46,266 nt of DNA. Source: a virus (taxonomy: Duplodnaviria; Heunggongvirae; Uroviricota; Caudoviricetes). The stretch lies in the IMG/VR virus record IMGVR_UViG_2671180743_000008; one strand, written 5' to 3'. The position numbers and the translations under genes were made by a program. Positions 38,330 through 46,266 of this stretch are shown here, piece by piece. The notes under the pieces were generated by a model. It made no database searches. It was not told the origin of the DNA and worked only from the letters and a program-made list of their open reading frames with translations. Position 1 is the first letter of the stretch; every line of letters begins with the position of its first letter.

Positions 38330-38530
38330 CCAGTAAGGATGGTTAAATGCTCCCTGACTCTCCAGCCACGAAATAAATTGCGCGGTTGTCCAGACCTGAC
38401 TATCGCCACCAATATTCAGCCATGAGCTATATGCGCGGCAGGCACCAATATTTTTGGTGAAGGTATCTTTCCCCGGAATATCTGCGCCGTTCTGGTTTTT
38501 CTGTAATGCGCCAGAAGCCTGATTTACCGT

Positions 38531-38556
38531 TTCCTGTAAACCGAGGTTTTAGATAA
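38531..38556. other. gix/pix-like crossover site (inverted orientation), next to the intact invertase
   Basis: TTCCTGTAAACCGAGGTTTTAGATAA; the 55 bp that follow match the leader of the truncated invertase copy. Confidence 0.8.
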
Positions 38557-38610
38557 TGGCCGTTTCCGGCCTGCATGGCATGATTTGCGCTTTTGGACGG
38601 GAGATTCAGC

Positions 38611-39198
38611 GTGCTGATTGGCTATGTAAGGGTATCAACAAATGACCAGAATACAGACCTGCAACGAAACGCTCTTGTTTGTGCAGGATGTGAACAAATA
38701 TTTGAAGATAAATTAAGCGGGACAAAGACAGACCGACCGGGATTAAAACGCGCTTTAAAGCGCCTTCAAAAAGGTGACACGCTGGTTGTCTGGAAACTGG
38801 ATCGCCTCGGGCGAAGCATGAAACATCTGATTTCTCTCGTCGGGGAACTACGGGAGCGAGGAATTAATTTTCGCAGTCTGACCGACAGCATAGATACATC
38901 TTCTCCAATGGGGCGTTTTTTCTTCCACGTGATGGGTGCCCTGGCTGAAATGGAACGTGAATTAATTGTTGAACGTACACTGGCCGGACTGGCGGCAGCA
39001 CGCGCACGGGGGCGCACAGGCGGACGTCGACCGAAGCTGACAAAAGAACAGCATGAGCAAATAGCAAGGCTGATCAAAAACGGGCACGACAGAAAACAAC
39101 TGGCAATAATTTACGGCATTGGTATATCGACGATTTATCGTTACCACCCCGCAGGAGAATCAATCGGAACAATAGAGAAGAGTCAGGAAACAAAATAA
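38611..39198 (+). CDS. pin: Gin/Pin/Hin-family serine DNA invertase
   Basis: GTG start; VLIGYVRVSTNDQNTDLQRNALVCAGCEQIFEDKLSGTKTDRPGLKRALKRLQKGDTLVVWKLDRLGRS with the catalytic Ser in the YVRVST motif; C-terminal HTH; closely resembles Mu Gin / e14 Pin. Confidence 0.9.
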   Translation: MLIGYVRVSTNDQNTDLQRNALVCAGCEQIFEDKLSGTKTDRPGLKRALKRLQKGDTLVVWKLDRLGRSMKHLISLVGELRERGINFRSLTDSIDTSSPMGRFFFHVMGALAEMERELIVERTLAGLAAARARGRTGGRRPKLTKEQHEQIARLIKNGHDRKQLAIIYGIGISTIYRYHPAGESIGTIEKSQETK

Positions 39199-39226
39199 CC
39201 GCTAATCTGACCATTAGCGGTTTTTG
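39198..39226. terminator. Bidirectional terminator between pin and U
   Basis: ACCGCTAAT ctgacc ATTAGCGGT hairpin followed by TTTTT on the plus strand and an A-rich run on the other side. Confidence 0.7.
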
Positions 39227-39233
39227 TGTTAAA

Positions 39234-39728
39234 TCAGAACAACCCTTTAACTGAACTGGCCGCGCTGTTAAGGGATGATGTTACCTTATCTTTGAAGCCG
39301 GACAGCATATCGCTGAACGATGAGGATTGCAGGCGCTCCCGCAAATCCTCATCACAGCGTTCAAGAGTCAGTGAAAATTCTATCTTTTTCGCCTTACCGT
39401 AGCGATCAAACTCGGAGCGGGTCGTATTCGTTTCGGTCAGGACATACATGCCGTAAATCTGCCCGACGCCATCAATCAGAGGCCAGGGTCGTCCTGTATA
39501 CGCCTGCGTGGTCAGCAGCGACAGCGACACTTCGCCACCTGTAATTTCAGGATAAAGCACACCAGAAAGAACGATGCGCTCATCACCTGCACCGATATAC
39601 TGCCAGCTTGCCGAACGGTTAACGCGTTCATTTTTCACATGCCGCCAGCTTTTGTTTTGCTGTAACTGCTGATGCGGCAATGTACGCAGCTCAAAAACAA
39701 ACATGCCGTAGATCATCATCATGGCCAT
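39234..39728 (-). CDS. U: Tail protein U
   Basis: 164 aa; N-terminus (IYGMFVFELRTLPHQQLQQNKSWRH ... LSGVLYPEITGG) resembles P2 gpU. Confidence 0.8.
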   Translation of the reverse strand: MAMMMIYGMFVFELRTLPHQQLQQNKSWRHVKNERVNRSASWQYIGAGDERIVLSGVLYPEITGGEVSLSLLTTQAYTGRPWPLIDGVGQIYGMYVLTETNTTRSEFDRYGKAKKIEFSLTLERCDEDLRERLQSSSFSDMLSGFKDKVTSSLNSAASSVKGLF

Positions 39729-39734
39729 GACTCC

Positions 39735-42578
39735 TCAATCTTTATCGTAAAAACTGCCACGCCCGGCACGGGCGCGCCGTTCCATTTCTGCCCTGACCAT
39801 TTCACCGACCAGTTTCGCCAGTTCGCGGGGATTCTGCGTAACAACGTTATGCAGATGAACATGAATTTCACCACCAAATCCGGAGGCAACAGGCTCCCGG
39901 TTACGGGAAGTTACAGGAACTGATGCCACTGGAGAGCGTATGGCCTCCGCCACCGGGCGGGAGCTGGCCGCAACAACAGGGACCAGCGCCGGAGGCAGCG
40001 GAGCCGGGACCACGGGTGTGATATTAATTGCGGGGGCAGGCTTACTGACCTGCGCAATCTTCCGCTCCTGCCACTCCCCACGAACAGCAAGTGCGCGGGG
40101 CAGGTTCTTAAAGACAATATCGCCGGGGCCAATGCGTTTTTTCGTCTCATCAACCAGCTTACCTGTGTTATCAGCAATTTTGCTGAGTCTGCGTAGCGTC
40201 CCGGTATTGCTGTCTGTGAGCGGTTTGTTGTCTTTGGGTTTATCACCTCCGGTGCCATTGCCATTTTCCACAGGCTTCGGCGGATTGATTTTCGCCAGGT
40301 CCCCCTGAAGCAAGGCAACCTTGTCCTGAAGAATGGCCGCACGCTGTGCGTCTTCGATTTTCTTGCGCGCCCTTTCCGCTTCATCCGGAAGGACGCCAAG
40401 TTTTTCAAGTATCCACGCCAGCGTATCCAGTAGCATTTTTGCAGGTGTCAGAACAAGTTGTAACGCACCGCCAAGAACGTTACCGAATATCTCGCCAGCA
40501 CTGGCACATTTATCCAGCGTTTCCTTGCTGGACTCCATCGGTGACAGCAGCGATTTAAACCAGTTAAAGACCTGAATAATCCCATCGCGCACGACATCAA
40601 AAACAGGGCCAAACCGTTCAAAGGTTTCGCGCAACGGGGTCAGCCTTTCCATAATCCCGCTGAACACCCCGGCAAAAAATGCCCTGATGGGATCCCAGTA
40701 TTTCCAGATAAGAACGGCAGCTCCGGCAAGCGCAGCCACGATAAGACTAACCGGACTGAACAGCGCCCCGATAGCGCCACCAAGTAAAGAAACGGAACCC
40801 GTCACCATTCCCCATAATGCAGGCAGAACCCTGACAACATTCATTGATTCGGTCAGGAGAGAAAAACCGAGACGCAACGTAGCCAGCTTCCCGTGAAGCA
40901 CCCCAATAACCAGAGACAACGAACCAACCGTTGCTGTTGTCGCCAGCAGTGCGCCTCCCGCTATCAGTAACTGGCGCGTCAGTGCCGGGTGGGCCTGCGC
41001 CAGCGCCGTCACCTTTGAGACAACCCGCGTGAGCCACTGCGTGACAGAACGCAGCGGACCGTCAACCAGATCACTGATGCGAATACGCAGACCTTCCCAT
41101 GCACTGCCGAGTGATTTCAGGTTGCCATCAAGGTTATTGGCCATAACCTTTGCCGTGCGTTCTGCCTCACCGCGCGCGCCTTCAAGTTCTTTTCTCAGTT
41201 TGGCTAAGAAGCCGTCACCTGCCGCATCAACGAGGCCCATAAATGATGTGAAAGCCTCTTCTCCGGCAATGTCCTTAAAGAACGATACCCGGTCAACCTC
41301 CCCGTATTTGCGGGTGGCTTTATAGAGATCGGCCAGCACATTCTCCATCGGGCGCATTTTGCCTTTGGCGTCAGCAACTGACACCCCCAGCTCTTTCAGT
41401 GCTTCTGCCGCTGCCTTTGGCGGTGATGACAGATTGGCCAGGCTTTTACGCAACGCTGTACCTGCATCACTCCCCCTGATACCCATCTTCGCCAGCACGC
41501 CCGCCATCGCTGCGGCCTGCTCCAGCGATATTCCCAGCTTACCCGCCACCGGACCTGCATATTTCATGGTTTCGCCCAGTGCGCGAAGGTCAGTGTTGGT
41601 ACGGGTAAACGCTGCGGTAAGTGTGTCACCGACCCGGTCCATCTGGTCAGCAGAGAGGCCGAACTGCGTCAGGATATTGGAACCAATATCCGCCGTCTCG
41701 CCGAGGTCCATACCGCCAGCCGTTGCCATGCTCAGCACGCCGGGAAGCGCAGCCTGAATGGCCTGCGGTGTGAAACCAGCCATTGCAAGAAATGCCTGTC
41801 CACTGGCGGCATCGCCTGCGGTGAACTGCGTTTCAGAGCCAAGTTTTAACGCCTGCTCACGCAGCGCCTTAAACTGCGGGCTGTTTTTATCGATTCGCGT
41901 CAGTGCCTGAACACGGGACATCTCTTTCCCGAACCCGATAGCGGGCTGCAAAAAACGCCCGGCAGCATAGCCGCCCGCTGCCGCCGCACCTGTTGCCAGC
42001 GCACCACCTGTTTTCAGTTTTCCCGCTGTTTCCTGCGCGCGTGAATACCGCTCACGCGCCTGCGTTACACGCGCAAGCGCCCGCCGTTCGCGTTCAAGCT
42101 GGTTGTTGTATTGTCCGGTGCGTCTGATGGCCTGCTGGATGGTGTTATCGCTGCCTGTCAGGGAAATGCCGTGGCGTTTCAGCTCTCCGCCAAGTTCCCG
42201 CATTTTCTGAATTTCCCGTGTGCGCGATTCATTCAGGCGTTCAAGCCGGGTGCTTAACTGCTGCATCAGCTTTTGTTGTTTTTCGCTGAGCACTGTACCC
42301 GTGCGTTGTAACTGATTAAGGGCGTTAAGCTGGCGTCGTGCTTTCACGATGCCCGCATCCGCTTTACTGACAGCGTCACGGGCGCGCTCAAATGAACGCG
42401 CCTGACGCTCGAGATTTTTGATCGCCCCCTGCGTTCGCTGGATGGAGTCACCAAACTGCCCCATCAGGCGGCGGGCGTTTTCGGCAGGCCGGGTCAGCCT
42501 GTCAACGGCGCTGAAAGCGACCCGGATATCAAGAGTCTTCATTGTCTGCATTCCCGCTGCGAAGTGCCGCCCGCTCAC
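39735..42578 (-). CDS. T: Tail tape-measure protein T
   Basis: 947 aa; long alpha-helical, Ala/Gly-rich with hydrophobic central segments; lies between E and U as in P2. Confidence 0.85.
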   Translation of the reverse strand: MSGRHFAAGMQTMKTLDIRVAFSAVDRLTRPAENARRLMGQFGDSIQRTQGAIKNLERQARSFERARDAVSKADAGIVKARRQLNALNQLQRTGTVLSEKQQKLMQQLSTRLERLNESRTREIQKMRELGGELKRHGISLTGSDNTIQQAIRRTGQYNNQLERERRALARVTQARERYSRAQETAGKLKTGGALATGAAAAGGYAAGRFLQPAIGFGKEMSRVQALTRIDKNSPQFKALREQALKLGSETQFTAGDAASGQAFLAMAGFTPQAIQAALPGVLSMATAGGMDLGETADIGSNILTQFGLSADQMDRVGDTLTAAFTRTNTDLRALGETMKYAGPVAGKLGISLEQAAAMAGVLAKMGIRGSDAGTALRKSLANLSSPPKAAAEALKELGVSVADAKGKMRPMENVLADLYKATRKYGEVDRVSFFKDIAGEEAFTSFMGLVDAAGDGFLAKLRKELEGARGEAERTAKVMANNLDGNLKSLGSAWEGLRIRISDLVDGPLRSVTQWLTRVVSKVTALAQAHPALTRQLLIAGGALLATTATVGSLSLVIGVLHGKLATLRLGFSLLTESMNVVRVLPALWGMVTGSVSLLGGAIGALFSPVSLIVAALAGAAVLIWKYWDPIRAFFAGVFSGIMERLTPLRETFERFGPVFDVVRDGIIQVFNWFKSLLSPMESSKETLDKCASAGEIFGNVLGGALQLVLTPAKMLLDTLAWILEKLGVLPDEAERARKKIEDAQRAAILQDKVALLQGDLAKINPPKPVENGNGTGGDKPKDNKPLTDSNTGTLRRLSKIADNTGKLVDETKKRIGPGDIVFKNLPRALAVRGEWQERKIAQVSKPAPAINITPVVPAPLPPALVPVVAASSRPVAEAIRSPVASVPVTSRNREPVASGFGGEIHVHLHNVVTQNPRELAKLVGEMVRAEMERRARAGRGSFYDKD

Positions 42579-43058
42579 GCCAGCTAACCACTTCGCCGGG
42601 CGTCATCATGAAGATTTCGGCGGGCGACCAGTTAAAAATGGCGGCAATATCCGCCACAAAGTCTTCTATGTGCTCAAAGCACACAACCGTGATCAGGCTT
42701 CCGTCGCCTGTTCGTTCTTCTCGCCAGAGTCCGCACCGCTCAAAAAATTTACGGCAACCACACATAACTGAATAAAGTCACGGGATGCCATTTTTTTGAT
42801 CGTCACTTCATCCAGTCGCGGTGATGTCACGCGTGACAGCAGCGTAAACATGGATTCCGCTTTCAAATTCAGCACATCAGACAGCGACAAATCTCGCAGA
42901 GATCCAGCCTGCTCAATAGCCCCGGTGATCTCCACATACGTGATTTTTTCGCCGCCTCGCTCAATTGGTTGGGTAAGTTTTACGCCACGCTCACTGGTTT
43001 CTTTCACAGTGTCAGCAACGACCGTGTTTTCGGTATCGATGTTTTTCGTCTCTTTCAT
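42529..43058 (-). CDS. E': Tail assembly chaperone E+E' (-1 programmed frameshift product)
   Basis: The -1 frame is open from the slippery site at 42741..42747 to the stop at 42529; by coordinate arithmetic the frame relationship is -1; same heptamer as I recall for P2 E/E'. Confidence 0.6.
42693..43058 (-). CDS. E: Tail assembly chaperone E
   Basis: 121 aa; ends ...AVNFLSGADSGEKNEQATEA; contains the slippery heptamer U UUU UUG (minus strand, 42747..42741). Confidence 0.8.
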   Translation of the reverse strand: MKETKNIDTENTVVADTVKETSERGVKLTQPIERGGEKITYVEITGAIEQAGSLRDLSLSDVLNLKAESMFTLLSRVTSPRLDEVTIKKMASRDFIQLCVVAVNFLSGADSGEKNEQATEA

Positions 43059-43112
43059 CAGGAAACTCCTTTCAGTCAGAGGCGACGCACTGCGCCGCCT
43101 GCATATTACTTA

Positions 43113-43625
43113 TCAGCCAAGCCCGAGCGCGGAACGGATGCGATCGGGCACAATGTCCCTGCCGTCCTTCCGGTAAATGAAGTTCAGCAGGTCAATCTCC
43201 CACAACGGGCGATCGTTAACACTCAGCTTGTAGTAGGTGTTTTTAATGGCGTAAGTGTGTGATGTGGCTTCGCCCTGTTTGGCTTCCCCCATATCAATTT
43301 CCGTCACACGTCCGCGCATTTCGACTTCATACAGGTCGCTTTCAGCGTCGGTGTAGTATTCACCCGCAAAACGCAGCAGCGTACCGTCAATCGTGCCGCC
43401 ATACTTAAGGAACAGCTCACGAACTGCGCCCCCCATGACAAAGCTCGCATCAAGCGCGGAGTCATCCAGGCCGAGATCAATACTTACCGCTCCCATCATG
43501 CCACCACCCCGGTAGCTGTCGGTTTTGCGCGTCAGCTTAGGCAGAGTGACGGACGTCACCTTACCCACTTCGTTTTCACCATCCACAAACAGCGTAAAAA
43601 AGCGAAGATGTTTTGGTACAGCCAT
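43113..43625 (-). CDS. FII: Tail tube protein FII
   Basis: 170 aa; immediately downstream of FI; P2 gpFII size. Confidence 0.85.
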   Translation of the reverse strand: MAVPKHLRFFTLFVDGENEVGKVTSVTLPKLTRKTDSYRGGGMMGAVSIDLGLDDSALDASFVMGGAVRELFLKYGGTIDGTLLRFAGEYYTDAESDLYEVEMRGRVTEIDMGEAKQGEATSHTYAIKNTYYKLSVNDRPLWEIDLLNFIYRKDGRDIVPDRIRSALGLG

Positions 43626-44809
43626 CAGGCACCTCCCAGCACCGCAAATGCGGGACCAAAGAATTCATCAGTAAACGACTGGTAAAGCTCCATGTCTTCC
43701 AGCGGGGGAACAGGCGTATATTTGTAGCGAATACGCACGCGCCCCTGACGTAAATTCGTGGTGCCGTTATCCACCACGTCATACCAGCACGACGCCCCAA
43801 TCAGTTTCCCGGCAGTAACCAGTGAATCCAGTTTTGCCCTGATGGCACCGATAACATCCTTCACGTTCGCAGGCGTCAGTGGACTGTCGATGGTTTCAAA
43901 CTGCGCTTCCGCAATTGAATCAGCCAGCACCTGTGCGGTTCGGGTATACACCTCAAAGATGTAGGCGTTCGTTTCCGGTGTGCGGTTGCCCCAGAAGCGG
44001 AACCCGTTGCGACGAATAATGGTCGTGATTTCTTTGTTGTTGAGGCTGTTGGCATCACTGTCTTCGGCCTGCAACGACCAGAACACATGCCTGGACATCC
44101 CCAGCACATTTTTAACCGGAACGTTGGACAGCGATTTGTGCCAGCCCTGCTCATGGTCAATGTACGCACGAAGGCCGCACGCATAGGCAGGCGCGGGGAA
44201 CGTTTCGTTTTTGCCACTTTTCGGGTTGTAGGCGATGAAGTCCGGCCATAAGAGCATCACCTCACGTTCGTTGAATTTCTGGCGGTAGGTAATTGCCTCA
44301 GCCATCGTGTTACAGTCATGACATGAGGCATACACAAACGCGCGCAGTTTACCCGCAATCACGCACAGGGATTTTGTCACCGCCTCCGTGTCCAGCTCCG
44401 GCGCGGCCAGAATACGCGGACGGTATCCGATGCTTTCATCCTGCTCTGCAACAAGCAGCGCATACATCCCCGTATAGCTGCCGTCAGATTCAGAACCACC
44501 GATAACCAGTTGATCCTGCGTTTTTCCGTCTTCTTCTTTGTGTTCAGCCACGCGAACGACGATCACCTTTGTGCTCACCTGGTCTGCGATGGCCTTAAGC
44601 GCACGATAAAGCGTCCCCGTTGTTCCGCATTTTCCCAGCACGTCATTGACGCGGGGCAGCAGTGTGGGCTTGTTCAGCGGGAACAGCTCCGCGTCCGCAT
44701 CATCCGCCGTTGCCACGATACCGATAACGCTGGAATCAACATCGTTAATCGCTGTTACCAGGTCGGTATTTTCCGTAACACGGGCACCATGAAAACGAGT
44801 TTCACTCAT
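43625..44809 (-). CDS. FI: Tail sheath protein FI
   Basis: 394 aa; P2 gpFI size; first gene of the FI-FII-E-T-U block. Confidence 0.88.
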   Translation of the reverse strand: MSETRFHGARVTENTDLVTAINDVDSSVIGIVATADDADAELFPLNKPTLLPRVNDVLGKCGTTGTLYRALKAIADQVSTKVIVVRVAEHKEEDGKTQDQLVIGGSESDGSYTGMYALLVAEQDESIGYRPRILAAPELDTEAVTKSLCVIAGKLRAFVYASCHDCNTMAEAITYRQKFNEREVMLLWPDFIAYNPKSGKNETFPAPAYACGLRAYIDHEQGWHKSLSNVPVKNVLGMSRHVFWSLQAEDSDANSLNNKEITTIIRRNGFRFWGNRTPETNAYIFEVYTRTAQVLADSIAEAQFETIDSPLTPANVKDVIGAIRAKLDSLVTAGKLIGASCWYDVVDNGTTNLRQGRVRIRYKYTPVPPLEDMELYQSFTDEFFGPAFAVLGGA

Positions 44810-44966
44810 AGCTTCAACCCCTTGTATCCGTTAAATGATTCGGCAACAATCATCACCCACCACGCGCGTAATCTCACCCCTGCGCCATTCTCCCGCCACG
44901 GCGACAACAAAAAGCAGTAACCCCCTCCGCACGCACATGCGACCATGCCACACAGGGAGGGAGCAG

Positions 44967-46076
44967 ATGACCGACACCACCATGCAATTGCTCAGTCAGG
45001 GCACAGACCCCGTGAAAATGCCGGATTTTGATATTCTCGCGGAGGGTAAAACGCTGTCAGGCGTGGCAGAGCGCCTGATGAGCCTGTCACTGACCGACAA
45101 CCGGGGATTTGAGGCGGACCAGCTCACCATCACGCTGGATGATGCGGATGGTCAGTTGCAGCTACCGCCACGGGGCGCGCGCCTGACGGTTCTCATTGGC
45201 TGGAAGGGAGAACCGCTGACAGAAAAAGGCACTTACATTGTTGATGAAATCGCTCACGAAGGACCGCCGGACAGGCTGACTGTTTCAGCCAGAAGCGCAG
45301 ATTTTCGGGCTGAATTTAACGTTAAACGTGAGGTGTCCTGGCATGATGTGACCGTTGAGCGTGTGGTATCCGCCATCGCTCATCGGTATGGTCTGAAACC
45401 GCAAATCAGCGAAATGCTGATGGATATCGAAATCGACCACGCCGACCAGACCGAAGAAAGCGACATGTCCTTCCTTACGCGCATGGCGGAAATGCTGGGC
45501 GCAATCACCACGGTAAAAAGCGGTAATCTGTTATTCATCATGCCCGGTGGTGGCGTGAACGCACAGGGCCAGCCGTTGCCCTCGTTCGCCATCACACGCA
45601 GCAGCGGCGATCGCCATCAGTTCCGCATTGCTGACCGCGAAGCGTATACGGGGGTACGCGCTTACTGGCTTGATCTTAATTACGGGAAAAAGAAAAAAGT
45701 CAGCGTGAAACGCCGCAAACCGTCAAAACCAAAAAAGGAGAAAAGCAGCAGCCGGGAAGGCGACTATATGGAAGGTGCGGAAGGCAACGTGTTTGTGTTA
45801 CGCAAAACTTATCAGAACGAGCAGGCAGCAAGACGTGCAGCGGCGGCAAAGTGGCAGCAGCTACAACGCGGAGCCGCATCATTCTCCATCACACTGGCGC
45901 ATGGACGTGCAGAACTCTACCCCGAAATGCATGGCACGGTAACAGGATTTAAAAGCGAGATTGATAATCAGGACTGGATTATTGCAAAAGCCGAGCACAC
46001 CATTGATAACAGCGGCTTTACCACGCAGCTTGAGCTTGAGGCAAAAATCCCGGAATGGATAGCAGAAACAGAGTGA
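44967..46076 (+). CDS. D: Tail protein D (late gene D)
   Basis: Start at MTDTTMQ, preceded by GGGAGGGAG; 369 aa; position matches P2 gpD except that it is divergent from FI here. Confidence 0.8.
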   Translation: MTDTTMQLLSQGTDPVKMPDFDILAEGKTLSGVAERLMSLSLTDNRGFEADQLTITLDDADGQLQLPPRGARLTVLIGWKGEPLTEKGTYIVDEIAHEGPPDRLTVSARSADFRAEFNVKREVSWHDVTVERVVSAIAHRYGLKPQISEMLMDIEIDHADQTEESDMSFLTRMAEMLGAITTVKSGNLLFIMPGGGVNAQGQPLPSFAITRSSGDRHQFRIADREAYTGVRAYWLDLNYGKKKKVSVKRRKPSKPKKEKSSSREGDYMEGAEGNVFVLRKTYQNEQAARRAAAAKWQQLQRGAASFSITLAHGRAELYPEMHGTVTGFKSEIDNQDWIIAKAEHTIDNSGFTTQLELEAKIPEWIAETE

Positions 46077-46266
46077 GCAACTTAAATGTATTAACTCAGA
46101 ACGGATCAACACACTCACAACATAGAGTCAATATAGCTGCTCGCTTTGTTCCAGCAAGGATGCCTATTTCTAAGGAAAAACAGAGCAGAAACATATGGTG
46201 TTTTCCTACCTGACATCAGGGGTGGTAGACTGGCCCCCTGAATCTCCAGACAACCAGTATCACTTA

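Noticed and set aside
42791-42797. The TTTTTTT run first considered as the E/E' slippery site
   Set aside because: On the coding (minus) strand it reads AAAAAAA and lies upstream of the region where the -1 frame is open; the properly positioned heptamer is U UUU UUG at 42741..42747
46077-46266. Looked for the ogr late-activator gene after D
   Set aside because: The only short frame starting near 46195 does not resemble the Cys-rich Ogr zinc-finger protein, and the window ends at 46266, so nothing can be called

Overview
The window opens with four enterobacterial chromosomal genes on the minus strand (nlpC, btuD, btuE, btuC), consistent with the E. coli/Shigella btuCED-nlpC locus. From about 3.0 kb to the end of the window it is a P2-family prophage; the far end is outside the window. 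The P2 backbone is recognisable: integrase, C-type repressor, divergent early operon, rolling-circle replication protein A, a cos-containing non-coding gap, then Q, P, O, N, M, L, X, lysis genes, R, S, V, W, J, I, H, G, and later U, T, E/E', FII, FI and D. Three cargo regions interrupt it. (1) An AT-rich two-gene module sits between the integrase and the chromosome junction. (2) After gene A, where P2 carries tin/old, there is a ParM/ParR plasmid-partition pair followed by three small unknown ORFs. (3) The tail-fibre region is heavily mosaic: a lambdoid J fragment, lom, stf and tfa are inserted after G; part of I and H is tandemly duplicated with a chimeric junction ORF; and there is a Gin/Pin-type invertase locus with five gix-like crossover sites, one intact invertase, one truncated invertase and partly decayed alternative fibre tips. 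The FI-FII-E-T-U block is inverted relative to canonical P2 gene order. All calls rest on reading the translations and sequence by eye against remembered protein families; no searches were run.
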